Source of the DNA: a bacterium
GTDB lineage: Bacteria > Muiribacteriota > UBA6191
DNA: 25,092 nucleotides
Assembly (NCBI GenBank): GCA_036339875.1
Contig: JAYZAC010000016.1
Location: 1 to 25,092 of the forward strand
Reading direction: 5' to 3'
How positions within the stretch are numbered: the first letter of the stretch is position 1; every line of letters begins with the position of its first letter. Position numbers and translations under genes: made by a program. Of the stretch, positions 8,769 through 17,324 are shown in pieces. The notes under the pieces were generated by a model. The model was not told the DNA's origin and ran no database searches. It was given only the letters and a program-made list of their open reading frames with translations.

Positions 8769-10670
8769 CTACTTGATTACCTCGAGGGTAGCAGTCTTCA
8801 TAAGATTACGGAAAAACTGTTCCACCTTCAGCAAAACATCTCCTTTTCTAGCTAGAAGTCGATTTAAGTCCCCCTGTACTTGAAAAAGGAACTCAATATC
8901 TTCATGACGTAAAATAGCCTTAACTTCTCCCACTCGAATTAGCATTTCATCGGGATTCATACTCCATAATTCCTGCCAAGGTATAGATGTCCTAGCTGAA
9001 TTTTTTGCTATCACGTATGACAGAGATTCAAGATATAAGTGATTGAAATTTTTTAATTTGAAGCGAGTAAAAGCCCTTAAATACCTTAAAGCTTCATCAC
9101 TATCTCGCACATATATTAGACTTTTGATGTAAGGAATATAATCCTCTTTATCATAGGGCTGTAATTTGGCAATCGCTGTAAAAAATTCTCCTGCTCTCTT
9201 CATGTTCCCTTGAGCTATTGCAACTTTTGCTGATATTGCCAAAACTTGTAGATCATCTGAAAACTGCCTTCTGGCCTGCTTCATTACTCGTGAAGCATCT
9301 GTGTTTTTCTCTAGCGCAATATAACTTCTCGCAAGATTTAATACTAAATCAACACTTTCGGGGTAAGTTACAACTGCTTTTTTCAAAAGATTTACAGCCC
9401 TTGAAAATTCGCCTTGCCCCAAATAACAGTCAGAACTACCTAGCAGTACTCCGCAAGATTCAAATTCTGCGTTTTTACATTGATCAAAATACCCCAAGGC
9501 GACATCATAATTTTCAAAATGAGTATATAAAGCACCCGCTAGTTCTTTGACTTCCATAACATCGGGATATTTCTCCAAAGCTTTTTCGATCCACTTTTTA
9601 CCGTAGGCAAAATCATCAAGATCTATTGCAATTCTGCACAGTTGCAACATAGCCTCCAGGCTATCCTCATTACGACCAAGAATTTTCTCATAATAACTAG
9701 CCGCTCGTTTACTTTCTCCGATCATCTGATAAATGTAGGCAATCTCTTGCAGAATTACACTAGACCCAGGATACCGTCGACTTAAAGTCGTAAATTCCGA
9801 TAGAGCCCCCTTCCAATTACCGCTATCAGTATACTTCTCAGTAATCTGAAGTATGGAGGCTTGAAAGGTCGCTCGGTCAATATCGTTATTGATAGTCACT
9901 GCTTTACTTTCATGCATCTTCATCTCTTTGGACTCTAGAGCATAAGCCTTCCAGTAGCATTTACGAGCTTCGGTATAATTTTTTAGCTGTCCATGAAACA
10001 TCGCAAGTTTTCGATAAACAGAAGAATCGTTCTGTCTAAATTCTAATAATTTACTTAGGGTAGCGACTGATTGATCTAATTTGTATTGACTAGCATAGCA
10101 ATCGCTGAGCATTTCATAAGCTCTCTCATATTCTGGATTAATTTCAATCACTCGCTTATATCCACAAGTTGCCAAATCGAATTGACCTTGCTTCTGAATC
10201 GCCTCGGAATACATTAGAAGAGCTTCTATATCATCACGATTTTTTTCCAAAAATTTTGTTAGTATTCCAGATGCATTCGAGTACATCTCTAATTCGAAAA
10301 AAGCTCTTCCCAAAGCTTTTACTACCATAGAATCTGTTGGAGAAATTTCATGAGCTTTTTCAAGAAAATCCAACGAACGAGACCACTCCTCTCGAGACTG
10401 TAAAGTTTTTCCTGCGTTATATAAAGCACTCAAATCATTCTCATCAAGCTCTATAACCTTAAGAAAATAATCTAGTGACATTTCATAAGATTTTTTTACA
10501 TGAAAAATTACTCCCAAGTTTAACAACGAAGGTCTATGCCCTTTATCGTGATTCAGGATTTTTTGATATCCTTGGATAGCTTCGTCATAACTACCTTGCC
10601 GATGAGCCGATAGTGCATTTTCAAAACTACTACCAAGGTCAAAAACCAATTGTTTAGAAGATTCCCTCAT
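8769..10670 (-). CDS. Multi-TPR cytoplasmic protein (633 aa)
   Basis: Many TPR-like units (e.g. SLLNLGVIFHVKKSYEMSLDYFLKVIELDEND, ALYNAGKTLQ, AYEMLSDCY); no signal peptide; SD AGAGGG before ATG; 17-nt overlap with the upstream gene. Confidence 0.9.
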   Translation of the reverse strand: MRESSKQLVFDLGSSFENALSAHRQGSYDEAIQGYQKILNHDKGHRPSLLNLGVIFHVKKSYEMSLDYFLKVIELDENDLSALYNAGKTLQSREEWSRSLDFLEKAHEISPTDSMVVKALGRAFFELEMYSNASGILTKFLEKNRDDIEALLMYSEAIQKQGQFDLATCGYKRVIEINPEYERAYEMLSDCYASQYKLDQSVATLSKLLEFRQNDSSVYRKLAMFHGQLKNYTEARKCYWKAYALESKEMKMHESKAVTINNDIDRATFQASILQITEKYTDSGNWKGALSEFTTLSRRYPGSSVILQEIAYIYQMIGESKRAASYYEKILGRNEDSLEAMLQLCRIAIDLDDFAYGKKWIEKALEKYPDVMEVKELAGALYTHFENYDVALGYFDQCKNAEFESCGVLLGSSDCYLGQGEFSRAVNLLKKAVVTYPESVDLVLNLARSYIALEKNTDASRVMKQARRQFSDDLQVLAISAKVAIAQGNMKRAGEFFTAIAKLQPYDKEDYIPYIKSLIYVRDSDEALRYLRAFTRFKLKNFNHLYLESLSYVIAKNSARTSIPWQELWSMNPDEMLIRVGEVKAILRHEDIEFLFQVQGDLNRLLARKGDVLLKVEQFFRNLMKTATLEVIK

Positions 10671-11697
10671 ATTCCCTCTTAGGTGCCTGATATACTCGTT
10701 TCTTGAGGTCAGCTTTTTTAGCTTTCGGATCAGTAAAATAATCCAAGTTACCTATCATTTCATTGTAATAACTATTCTCATCGATACCACATTCTTTATA
10801 ACGCGTCCCAGATTGAAAAAATCGATAAAAAAGGCGCCCCATAAACGAGGCATTTTTGTTTTTGACAACATTCATTTCCACAATTGGAACCATTAAGTCC
10901 TCTGTCCCAAATTCCCATTCTAAAAAAGGAGTTTCTCCGTTAGTGAGTACATCACTATATAAAAGAGCGACCAGATCGGTATCATATACCAAGCTAGGCT
11001 GTAACTCTAAATCAGAAATATGTGGACGTTCCTTTCGAGTTCCCGAGATAAGAGGACTTGATAGCAGAACAGCTGTGCTTAAAAGTCTCGCTTTAGACTT
11101 TAACTCACTGACCATGTAATCTATTTTCTCAATGCGACCACCGGGTTCTGATGTTCTCAAATTACTTATCGGGTCTATGGCTACCACCATAGGTTTATTA
11201 GGATTTTCATCACGTAAATTTTCCATTTGCTTTATCACATCTTTGAACGAATGAATCCCGTGGCTTTGATCTACCAAGATAACTCTATCTTGCAGGGACT
11301 CCATAACTTTTAAACCTTCTTCTCGACTCCTTAAATCATCTTCATCCGTTATGCGAGAAGGATCTCTGATCTGCTCAATAGTCAGTTTTGACGAAATTGC
11401 ATACAAGCGGGCTACGAGGTCTAAATACGACAGATCCATTGAGAAAAAAATACCTACCATATCTTCATTATTGGTTAGTAAATTAAAAAATATCTGTGTT
11501 ACAAAACTAGATTTACCGCAACCGGCTCCCCCCGCGAAAAGATAAAGTCTATCCTTTGTTGCTCCCACTAATTCATCATAGACCGACCACCCGGTATTTC
11601 GTCCTACATGGGGCCATTCGGCCTTCCCACTGTCGTTTATTTCATTCAGAAGGCGCATATGCTCTCGAAGATTTAATTTTTGTTTCGCTTTGACCAT
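10654..11697 (-). CDS. DnaB-like (SF4) helicase motor-domain-only protein
   Basis: NTGWSVYDELVG, Walker A AGGAGCGKS, H1a FFSMDL, H2 VAIDP, ELKSKAR, RPHISDL...YDTD, VVKNK. Motor begins at about residue 30, so there is no N-terminal primase-binding domain. Confidence 0.82.
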   Translation of the reverse strand: MVKAKQKLNLREHMRLLNEINDSGKAEWPHVGRNTGWSVYDELVGATKDRLYLFAGGAGCGKSSFVTQIFFNLLTNNEDMVGIFFSMDLSYLDLVARLYAISSKLTIEQIRDPSRITDEDDLRSREEGLKVMESLQDRVILVDQSHGIHSFKDVIKQMENLRDENPNKPMVVAIDPISNLRTSEPGGRIEKIDYMVSELKSKARLLSTAVLLSSPLISGTRKERPHISDLELQPSLVYDTDLVALLYSDVLTNGETPFLEWEFGTEDLMVPIVEMNVVKNKNASFMGRLFYRFFQSGTRYKECGIDENSYYNEMIGNLDYFTDPKAKKADLKKRVYQAPKREYEGIF

Positions 11698-11712
11698 TTA
11701 ATTTCCTAGTTT

Positions 11713-13719
11713 TTAATCACTCAATTCAACTTTTTCAAAAAATTCATCCTCGGTCCACAACTGTATACCCATTCCTTGCGCCTTTTTTAGTTTGGATCCT
11801 GCTTTTTCACCATATACTAAGATTGTTGTACTCTTTGAAAGAGAATTCTGAACAATTGCACCATTTTCTTTGGCAATTTCTTGCGCTTTCGATCTCGAAA
11901 ATCTCTCTAATTTTCCTGTAAAACATATGCTTTCGGAACTTAATATCCCATTGTTATTTAGATTATTCGACTTAGAGCTTACATCTTCAATCGCCACATT
12001 GTACTGCTTGATACTTTGAATTACTTTGAGGCAATATTCTGAATCAAAAAAGTGAGCAATAGAATCTGCCATTACTGGTCCAATTCCATCTAGAGACTCT
12101 AAATCCTGTTTATTTACTTCTAGAATCGCATCCAATGTTTGAAAACTCTCTGCTAGTAAATAAGCTGACTGTAAACCTACGTGAGGTATCCCCAATGCAT
12201 ATATAAAACGTCCTAATTCTATTTTTTTTCTATCCTGTACAGCATTAAATAATTTAGTAGCTAATTTTTCTTTAGTTTCTTTTAATCTTAAAAAATCATC
12301 AATTTCTAAACCAAATAAATCCAAAGGATTCCCAATCATATTTAACTTCAGTAATTGTTCAAGGATAGATTCTCCAACACCCTGAATGTTTAATGCATCG
12401 CGCGAAACAAAATGTTTTAACTTCCCTAGTAACTTAGCAACACAATGTTCATTCTGACACCGGAAAGCAACTTCTCCGAGCAATTGTGTTACTTCACTAT
12501 TACAGGCAGGGCAAGTAACGGGTAATTCGAATTCATCAAGTTCCGAATCGCGCTGCTCAATCAGAACAGTTACAACTTGGGGAATGATATCTCCAGCCTT
12601 CTCAATCTTTACATGATCCCCTATTCTAATATCCTTTGAACGAATTTCATCCCAATTATGCAAAGATGCAAAGCGCACAGTTGAGCCTGCCAAAAAAACC
12701 GGCTCGAACTCAGCAACTGGAGTAAGGACCCCCGTACGACCAACTTGGACTGTAATATTCTTAATAACAGTCTGGGCCTGTTCTGCTTCGTATTTGAAGG
12801 CAACAGCCCATCTTGGAGATTTACCAGTACTACCTAACTCTTCATAGAGACTGTAGTCATTCACTTTAATCACCACTCCATCAAGATCATAATTCAAAGT
12901 GTGACGTTTTTTACCTAGATTGGTGTAGAAATCTATAACCTCTCTAATATCAGCGCAGTAAGCCGACAATGGGTCTGTCTTAAAACCCAGCTGTCTAAGC
13001 ATATCTATTGCTTGTTGATGGGTTGTAATTGAATGCGTTTCTCGATCTAGAATATCGTAGAAGTAGGCATCTAAACCTCGCTTAGCAGCAATCGTTGAAT
13101 CTAATTGCCTAACCGTACCTGCAGCCGCATTTCTAGGGTTTGCAAATATTTTCGAACCTTCCTCTTCCTGCCTCATATTGAGCTTTAAAAATTCATCTCG
13201 TGGCATCACTACTTCAGCTCTTAAACACAAATCAATATTTTCTGGAAGCTTGAGTGGAATACTGCGAATTGTCTTGATGTTTGATGAGACATCTTCTCCG
13301 ATTTTTCCATCTCCACGAGTTAATGCGTGACTAAAATACCCTCCCTTGTAGTATATAGCCATAGACAGACCATCAAACTTTGTCTCACAAAAAAACGCCG
13401 GATCATTATTTGAAATGAGCAGTTTTCTGAGCCTAGAAACATATTCCTCTAATTCTTGATTGTTGTATACATTTGATAAACTCATTAACTGATATGGGTG
13501 AGTACCTTTATTGAATTGTTCTGCTACCTCTCCGGAAACTCTTGAAGTCGGAGAAAACTCTAACTGCCAATCTGGATTTGCAATTTCGATTTCATGCGCC
13601 TCCTTTAATGCCATATCATAGTCATAATCAGAAACCAATGGCGCATCTAGCACATAATAAGCGTGATCCCATTGGATAAGTTTATTAACTAATTTCAGAT
13701 ATTCTGACTTAGAGCTCAA
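11713..13719 (-). CDS. ligA: NAD-dependent DNA ligase
   Basis: YYVLDAP-SDYDYD, adenylation motif ETKFDG, FANPRNAAAG, DGVVIK, PRWAVAFK, QVGRTG, Zn finger CPAC..C..C, HhH repeats, BRCT. TTG start with GGAGG SD. Confidence 0.98.
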   Translation of the reverse strand: MSSKSEYLKLVNKLIQWDHAYYVLDAPLVSDYDYDMALKEAHEIEIANPDWQLEFSPTSRVSGEVAEQFNKGTHPYQLMSLSNVYNNQELEEYVSRLRKLLISNNDPAFFCETKFDGLSMAIYYKGGYFSHALTRGDGKIGEDVSSNIKTIRSIPLKLPENIDLCLRAEVVMPRDEFLKLNMRQEEEGSKIFANPRNAAAGTVRQLDSTIAAKRGLDAYFYDILDRETHSITTHQQAIDMLRQLGFKTDPLSAYCADIREVIDFYTNLGKKRHTLNYDLDGVVIKVNDYSLYEELGSTGKSPRWAVAFKYEAEQAQTVIKNITVQVGRTGVLTPVAEFEPVFLAGSTVRFASLHNWDEIRSKDIRIGDHVKIEKAGDIIPQVVTVLIEQRDSELDEFELPVTCPACNSEVTQLLGEVAFRCQNEHCVAKLLGKLKHFVSRDALNIQGVGESILEQLLKLNMIGNPLDLFGLEIDDFLRLKETKEKLATKLFNAVQDRKKIELGRFIYALGIPHVGLQSAYLLAESFQTLDAILEVNKQDLESLDGIGPVMADSIAHFFDSEYCLKVIQSIKQYNVAIEDVSSKSNNLNNNGILSSESICFTGKLERFSRSKAQEIAKENGAIVQNSLSKSTTILVYGEKAGSKLKKAQGMGIQLWTEDEFFEKVELSD

Positions 13720-13769
13720 TTACTTTCCTCCAGATGAACAAGATTAAACACTTAAATGACTAAGGTCGG

Positions 13770-13778
13770 ATTATATCA
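13770..13778 (-). promoter_or_regulatory. Extended -10 promoter for the ligA run
   Basis: Minus strand TGATATAAT (perfect TGnTATAAT), about 50 nt upstream of the ligA TTG. Confidence 0.6.
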
Positions 13779-13817
13779 AAACAATGCAATCTTAGACTCA
13801 CTGATATTCCAGAGGTT

Positions 13818-13826
13818 TGCTATAAT
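13818..13826 (+). promoter_or_regulatory. Extended -10 promoter for the solute-binding protein gene
   Basis: TGCTATAAT (perfect TGnTATAAT), 40 nt upstream of ATG 13867. Confidence 0.6.
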
Positions 13827-13866
13827 GCGGCATATAACCAGAAGGTCAACACTTACTCAACGCTAA

Positions 13867-15576
13867 ATGATAATCCGACGCTTAATATACATTGTTCTCG
13901 CACTAATCATAGGGATTGGGTTATATCTGTTTATACCTAATACTTATCAAACTCAAATAAGGCCCAATGTGGATCAACCACGCTTTGGTGGAACTTACAA
14001 GAGAGCCCTACCCGGTAAACCAGAGACATTAGATCCAGCACATTGCTTAGACACAACCTCATCAGAAGTAATTGGTCAAATCTTCTCCAGACTCTTACGG
14101 ATAGATCAGGAAATGCAAATACAACCCGACTTGGCATCGACGTATAATATTTCCGCCGATAAACGAATCTACTCTTTTACCTTAAAGAAAAAAGTCCGCT
14201 TTCATACAATTACTCAGAATGGAATCTTGACCGCCAATCAAGGTAGAGAATTAGTAGCAAATGATGTTAAATATAGCTTTGAAAGATTATTAAATCCGGA
14301 AAATAATAGCCCTAATGCTAGTTTACTCCATGTTATAAAAGGGAGTGATGAATTCATCGAGGGAAAAGCAGACCAAGTAGAAGGGATCAAGGTTCTCGAT
14401 TCTCACAAGCTGGAAATCGAATTGAAAAATCCATTCTCACCTTTTCTCTGGATATTAGCCACGCATAGTTTGAGCATAGTACCTTGGGAGGACGTGGAGC
14501 GCTGGGGCTCGGTCTTTAATGAACATCCTGTAGGAACAGGACCTTTTATCTACGAAAAAACTACTAAGTCAACATCAAGTGAAAGTCCATTTGAAGGCTC
14601 TATTGAACTAAGATCGAATTTAGATTTTCATCGGGGTCGGCCTTATCTAGATAAACTTCAGTTCTTATTTATACAGCAGGAAAATCTCTCTTATAGTCTC
14701 TTCGAGAGACATGCATTTTTCCATATGGATCGCATCCCTCCCGAGCATCTTCGTAATGCTCTCAGAAATAAGGCCTATCGCTTTCAAGAACGTACGTCAC
14801 TTGAAATATCATATCTTGGAATGAATTCAAAAATTGCACCTTTTGATAACGTACATGTTAGAAAAGCTCTGAACTATGCAGTCAACAAAGATCTGATTGT
14901 TAGACATATTTTATTAAACCGCGGTGGTCTAGCAAACGGTCCACTTTCTCCAGGTATCTCTGGCTATGACACTAACCGACTAAAAGGTTATGAATACAAC
15001 ATAAGTAAATCTCGTATGCATTTTAGAGAAGCTGGTTACCAGTTCGATATCCACGGAATGATCAAAAACTTTCCTAATCTAACATTACAAATAAACCAAT
15101 CCCAGCTCACCAAAGCAATTGCACGTGTGGTTCAAGCGAATCTTGCTGATTTGGGAATTAAACTAAATTTAAAGTCATTACCTTGGAGTAACCATTTTCA
15201 AACGATTGATCGAGGTGAAAGTGGCTTTTTCAGTTTAGGCTGGGTCGCAGATTACCCAGATGCTGATAATGTTCTGTACAACAATTTTCATACCAGCAGT
15301 ATAAGTAGTACCTATAATTCGGCCAGATACTCAAACCAAGAAGTTGATAACTTACTAGATCGAGCCCGTGAAATTGGAGATGAATCTACCCGTTTAGAAC
15401 TTTACAGAAAAGCTGAAGCAATAGTGATCGACGAAGCACCATGGATATTTCTTCATTATCCCACAACATATGTAGTCTCTCACTCTTATGTACATGGACT
15501 GAATCTTTCGGCTTTTGGTAGTAGTGAAACAGACTACTATCAAGTTTGGTTGAGTCCTGAAGCACACTTAAATTAA
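13867..15576 (+). CDS. Family-5 (OppA/DppA-type) ABC solute-binding protein, N-terminally membrane-anchored
   Basis: TLDPA, PDLA, YSFTLKKKVRFH, ANDVKYSFER, PVGTGPF, PFDNVHVRKALNYAVN, GWVADYPD, EAPWIFL; N-terminal hydrophobic helix with no lipobox Cys. Confidence 0.93.
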   Translation: MIIRRLIYIVLALIIGIGLYLFIPNTYQTQIRPNVDQPRFGGTYKRALPGKPETLDPAHCLDTTSSEVIGQIFSRLLRIDQEMQIQPDLASTYNISADKRIYSFTLKKKVRFHTITQNGILTANQGRELVANDVKYSFERLLNPENNSPNASLLHVIKGSDEFIEGKADQVEGIKVLDSHKLEIELKNPFSPFLWILATHSLSIVPWEDVERWGSVFNEHPVGTGPFIYEKTTKSTSSESPFEGSIELRSNLDFHRGRPYLDKLQFLFIQQENLSYSLFERHAFFHMDRIPPEHLRNALRNKAYRFQERTSLEISYLGMNSKIAPFDNVHVRKALNYAVNKDLIVRHILLNRGGLANGPLSPGISGYDTNRLKGYEYNISKSRMHFREAGYQFDIHGMIKNFPNLTLQINQSQLTKAIARVVQANLADLGIKLNLKSLPWSNHFQTIDRGESGFFSLGWVADYPDADNVLYNNFHTSSISSTYNSARYSNQEVDNLLDRAREIGDESTRLELYRKAEAIVIDEAPWIFLHYPTTYVVSHSYVHGLNLSAFGSSETDYYQVWLSPEAHLN

Positions 15577-15609
15577 CAATGGATAGCCAATCTTGATTAT
15601 AACGAATTT

Positions 15610-16287
15610 ATGTTAACTCACCTTAGATCTGTCATTCTGCTGTGTTTTTTCTGTTTTAGTATTTCTATAGATGCTGATGCTATCGGCGACTTAATTACAA
15701 AATATCGCAAAAATAAAGCAGAGATGAGTCCCGTTAGAATACAAAAAAAATCTCAGAAAAAACTCGATCAGCTTATGAAAAAGATTGTCTCCAGATCATT
15801 ATTTGAACGAAAGAAATCAGTTAGTCAGAAGGTTTTGAAACGTGGGGTTAGTAGCTACAGAGGAAGAGGCATATTTAACGTCTACGGAACGAGTTTTGGA
15901 AAGCCTGGTAATAAAGGTGAAAACAATGTGTTTAAGGATGGTTCTAAAGTAAAGTGGGGTATTATCACCGCTGCTTTGCCGGACAATTCAGCTATTGGTC
16001 GTTATATCCAAGTACGCCGTAAACAAAAAAATGGACAATGGGGTCGCTGGATACGCATTTATATACGAGATTTAGGGCCATGGTTCAGAGATGATCCTTA
16101 TTGGCTCAAACGCAGGGAGCCAAGAGCAGTCAAATACTTCAAAAAGAAAATGAAACGATGGGATGGTAGAGTGGTAAAAAACCCTGCCGGTATCGACTTA
16201 TCTCCTTGGGCGTGGCAAAAGTTAGGAGTCAGTAAGAAAGCAAGTATGAATTACTCGGGATACGTCCAATGGCGTTTTTCAAATTAG
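15610..16287 (+). CDS. Secreted basic protein with probable double-psi beta-barrel (RlpA/expansin/3D-like) domain
   Basis: Signal peptide (MLTHLRSVILLCFFCFSISIDA); T-F-G, ITAALP, IRDLGPW, DPYW, NPAGIDLSPWAWQKLG, V-W-F mirror the DPBB 'AA..D-GP..IDLS..A..LG' pattern. Confidence 0.6.
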   Translation: MLTHLRSVILLCFFCFSISIDADAIGDLITKYRKNKAEMSPVRIQKKSQKKLDQLMKKIVSRSLFERKKSVSQKVLKRGVSSYRGRGIFNVYGTSFGKPGNKGENNVFKDGSKVKWGIITAALPDNSAIGRYIQVRRKQKNGQWGRWIRIYIRDLGPWFRDDPYWLKRREPRAVKYFKKKMKRWDGRVVKNPAGIDLSPWAWQKLGVSKKASMNYSGYVQWRFSN

Positions 16288-16292
16288 ACAAT

Positions 16293-17324
16293 TTAATCAT
16301 TATTAATTTTATATTTCGATGGCACCTTATCCCTGCTTAGCAAACCATCTGATACTAATTTGTCGTAAGATTGTTGATATGATTTACATCCTCTTTTACC
16401 AATTGTGCGCATGAACGCTAGAATTGGCTGTAACTTGTTTTCACGAATGTGCTTTCGGGTAGCCACTTGATTAAGAAAATGCTCTTGAACAAATATGTCT
16501 TGACCATCGTTACCAGATAGTCGCTTCTGATGCACAATATTGCCTAAAACATCAGCTAATTGGTTACGATAATCTCCCCCTACCGATTTTAAGTTAAGAA
16601 TCTTTTGTAAAAGTGCTTCTGTATCTTTTGCGATAAGATTACCAATTACCAAAATACCCCTAGATGCCAATTCTAAAGCAGTTAGAAAATCATTAGGATC
16701 GTCTAATGAATCTAAGTTACAAACTTGGATATCCGTTTTACAAAATCCTGCTATGGATCTTTGCGGATCTATTGCATCTACGCCCAACTGACAACGACTA
16801 ACTAATCCTTTAAGATTCTCATCAAATCTCCGCTCAATAACCTCTTCGAGACTCACAATGTGAACTGAACGATGTCTGGCAATTTCCTGCATGTAAGATA
16901 AGGCAAGAGTAGATCTTCCGGAATCTCTCTCAGAAGAAGTTAAGAAAAGACCCATTTTTTGAGACATCATTGATTCATATAAATTGTCTTCTATACCCAA
17001 CTGTTTGAAACCCATTATTTCGGCATCAATTAATTTAGCGGAAATTGCTAAAGTTCCCCTCTGCTTGTAAATATGAACTCTTAACTCTATATCGCCATCG
17101 TGGTTGTAACAGAAAAGAACTTCCTCACCCTCCAAAAGCCTCTTTTTCATTTCGGGCTGCAGACATTCATCAACTAACTTATAAACGTCAGAGGGCATAA
17201 ATACAGCACTACCGAGAGTACTTATTCCTTGTGGAGTTTTAATACGAGGTTTTGTCCCAGATACAATGTGCAAGTAAATAGCATTTGAATCTTGAGCTTG
17301 ATTTATTAATTCACTGAAACTCAT
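16293..17324 (-). CDS. PilT/PilU-like protein, strongly degenerate ATPase
   Basis: PilT-like N-domain (YLHIVSGTKPRI, LRVHIYKQRG); Walker A eroded to SERDSGRST; Asp box SLEEVIE; ATRKHIRE resembles AIRNLIRE; ATGA overlap with the upstream paralog. Confidence 0.8.
   Translation of the reverse strand: MSFSELINQAQDSNAIYLHIVSGTKPRIKTPQGISTLGSAVFMPSDVYKLVDECLQPEMKKRLLEGEEVLFCYNHDGDIELRVHIYKQRGTLAISAKLIDAEIMGFKQLGIEDNLYESMMSQKMGLFLTSSERDSGRSTLALSYMQEIARHRSVHIVSLEEVIERRFDENLKGLVSRCQLGVDAIDPQRSIAGFCKTDIQVCNLDSLDDPNDFLTALELASRGILVIGNLIAKDTEALLQKILNLKSVGGDYRNQLADVLGNIVHQKRLSGNDGQDIFVQEHFLNQVATRKHIRENKLQPILAFMRTIGKRGCKSYQQSYDKLVSDGLLSRDKVPSKYKINND

Noticed and set aside
10654..13719. Prophage replication module
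   Set aside because: No integrase, primase, structural genes or att-like repeats; ligA is a full cellular type with BRCT.
6431..14137. Short ORFs within the ABC, TPR, DnaB-like, ligA and SBP genes
   Set aside because: All nested in well-supported CDSs, with no motifs or independent support.
13867..15576. SBP as a NikA-like nickel supplier for SodN
   Set aside because: About 9 kb away, on the opposite strand, no permease, and no Ni-specific feature I can identify.
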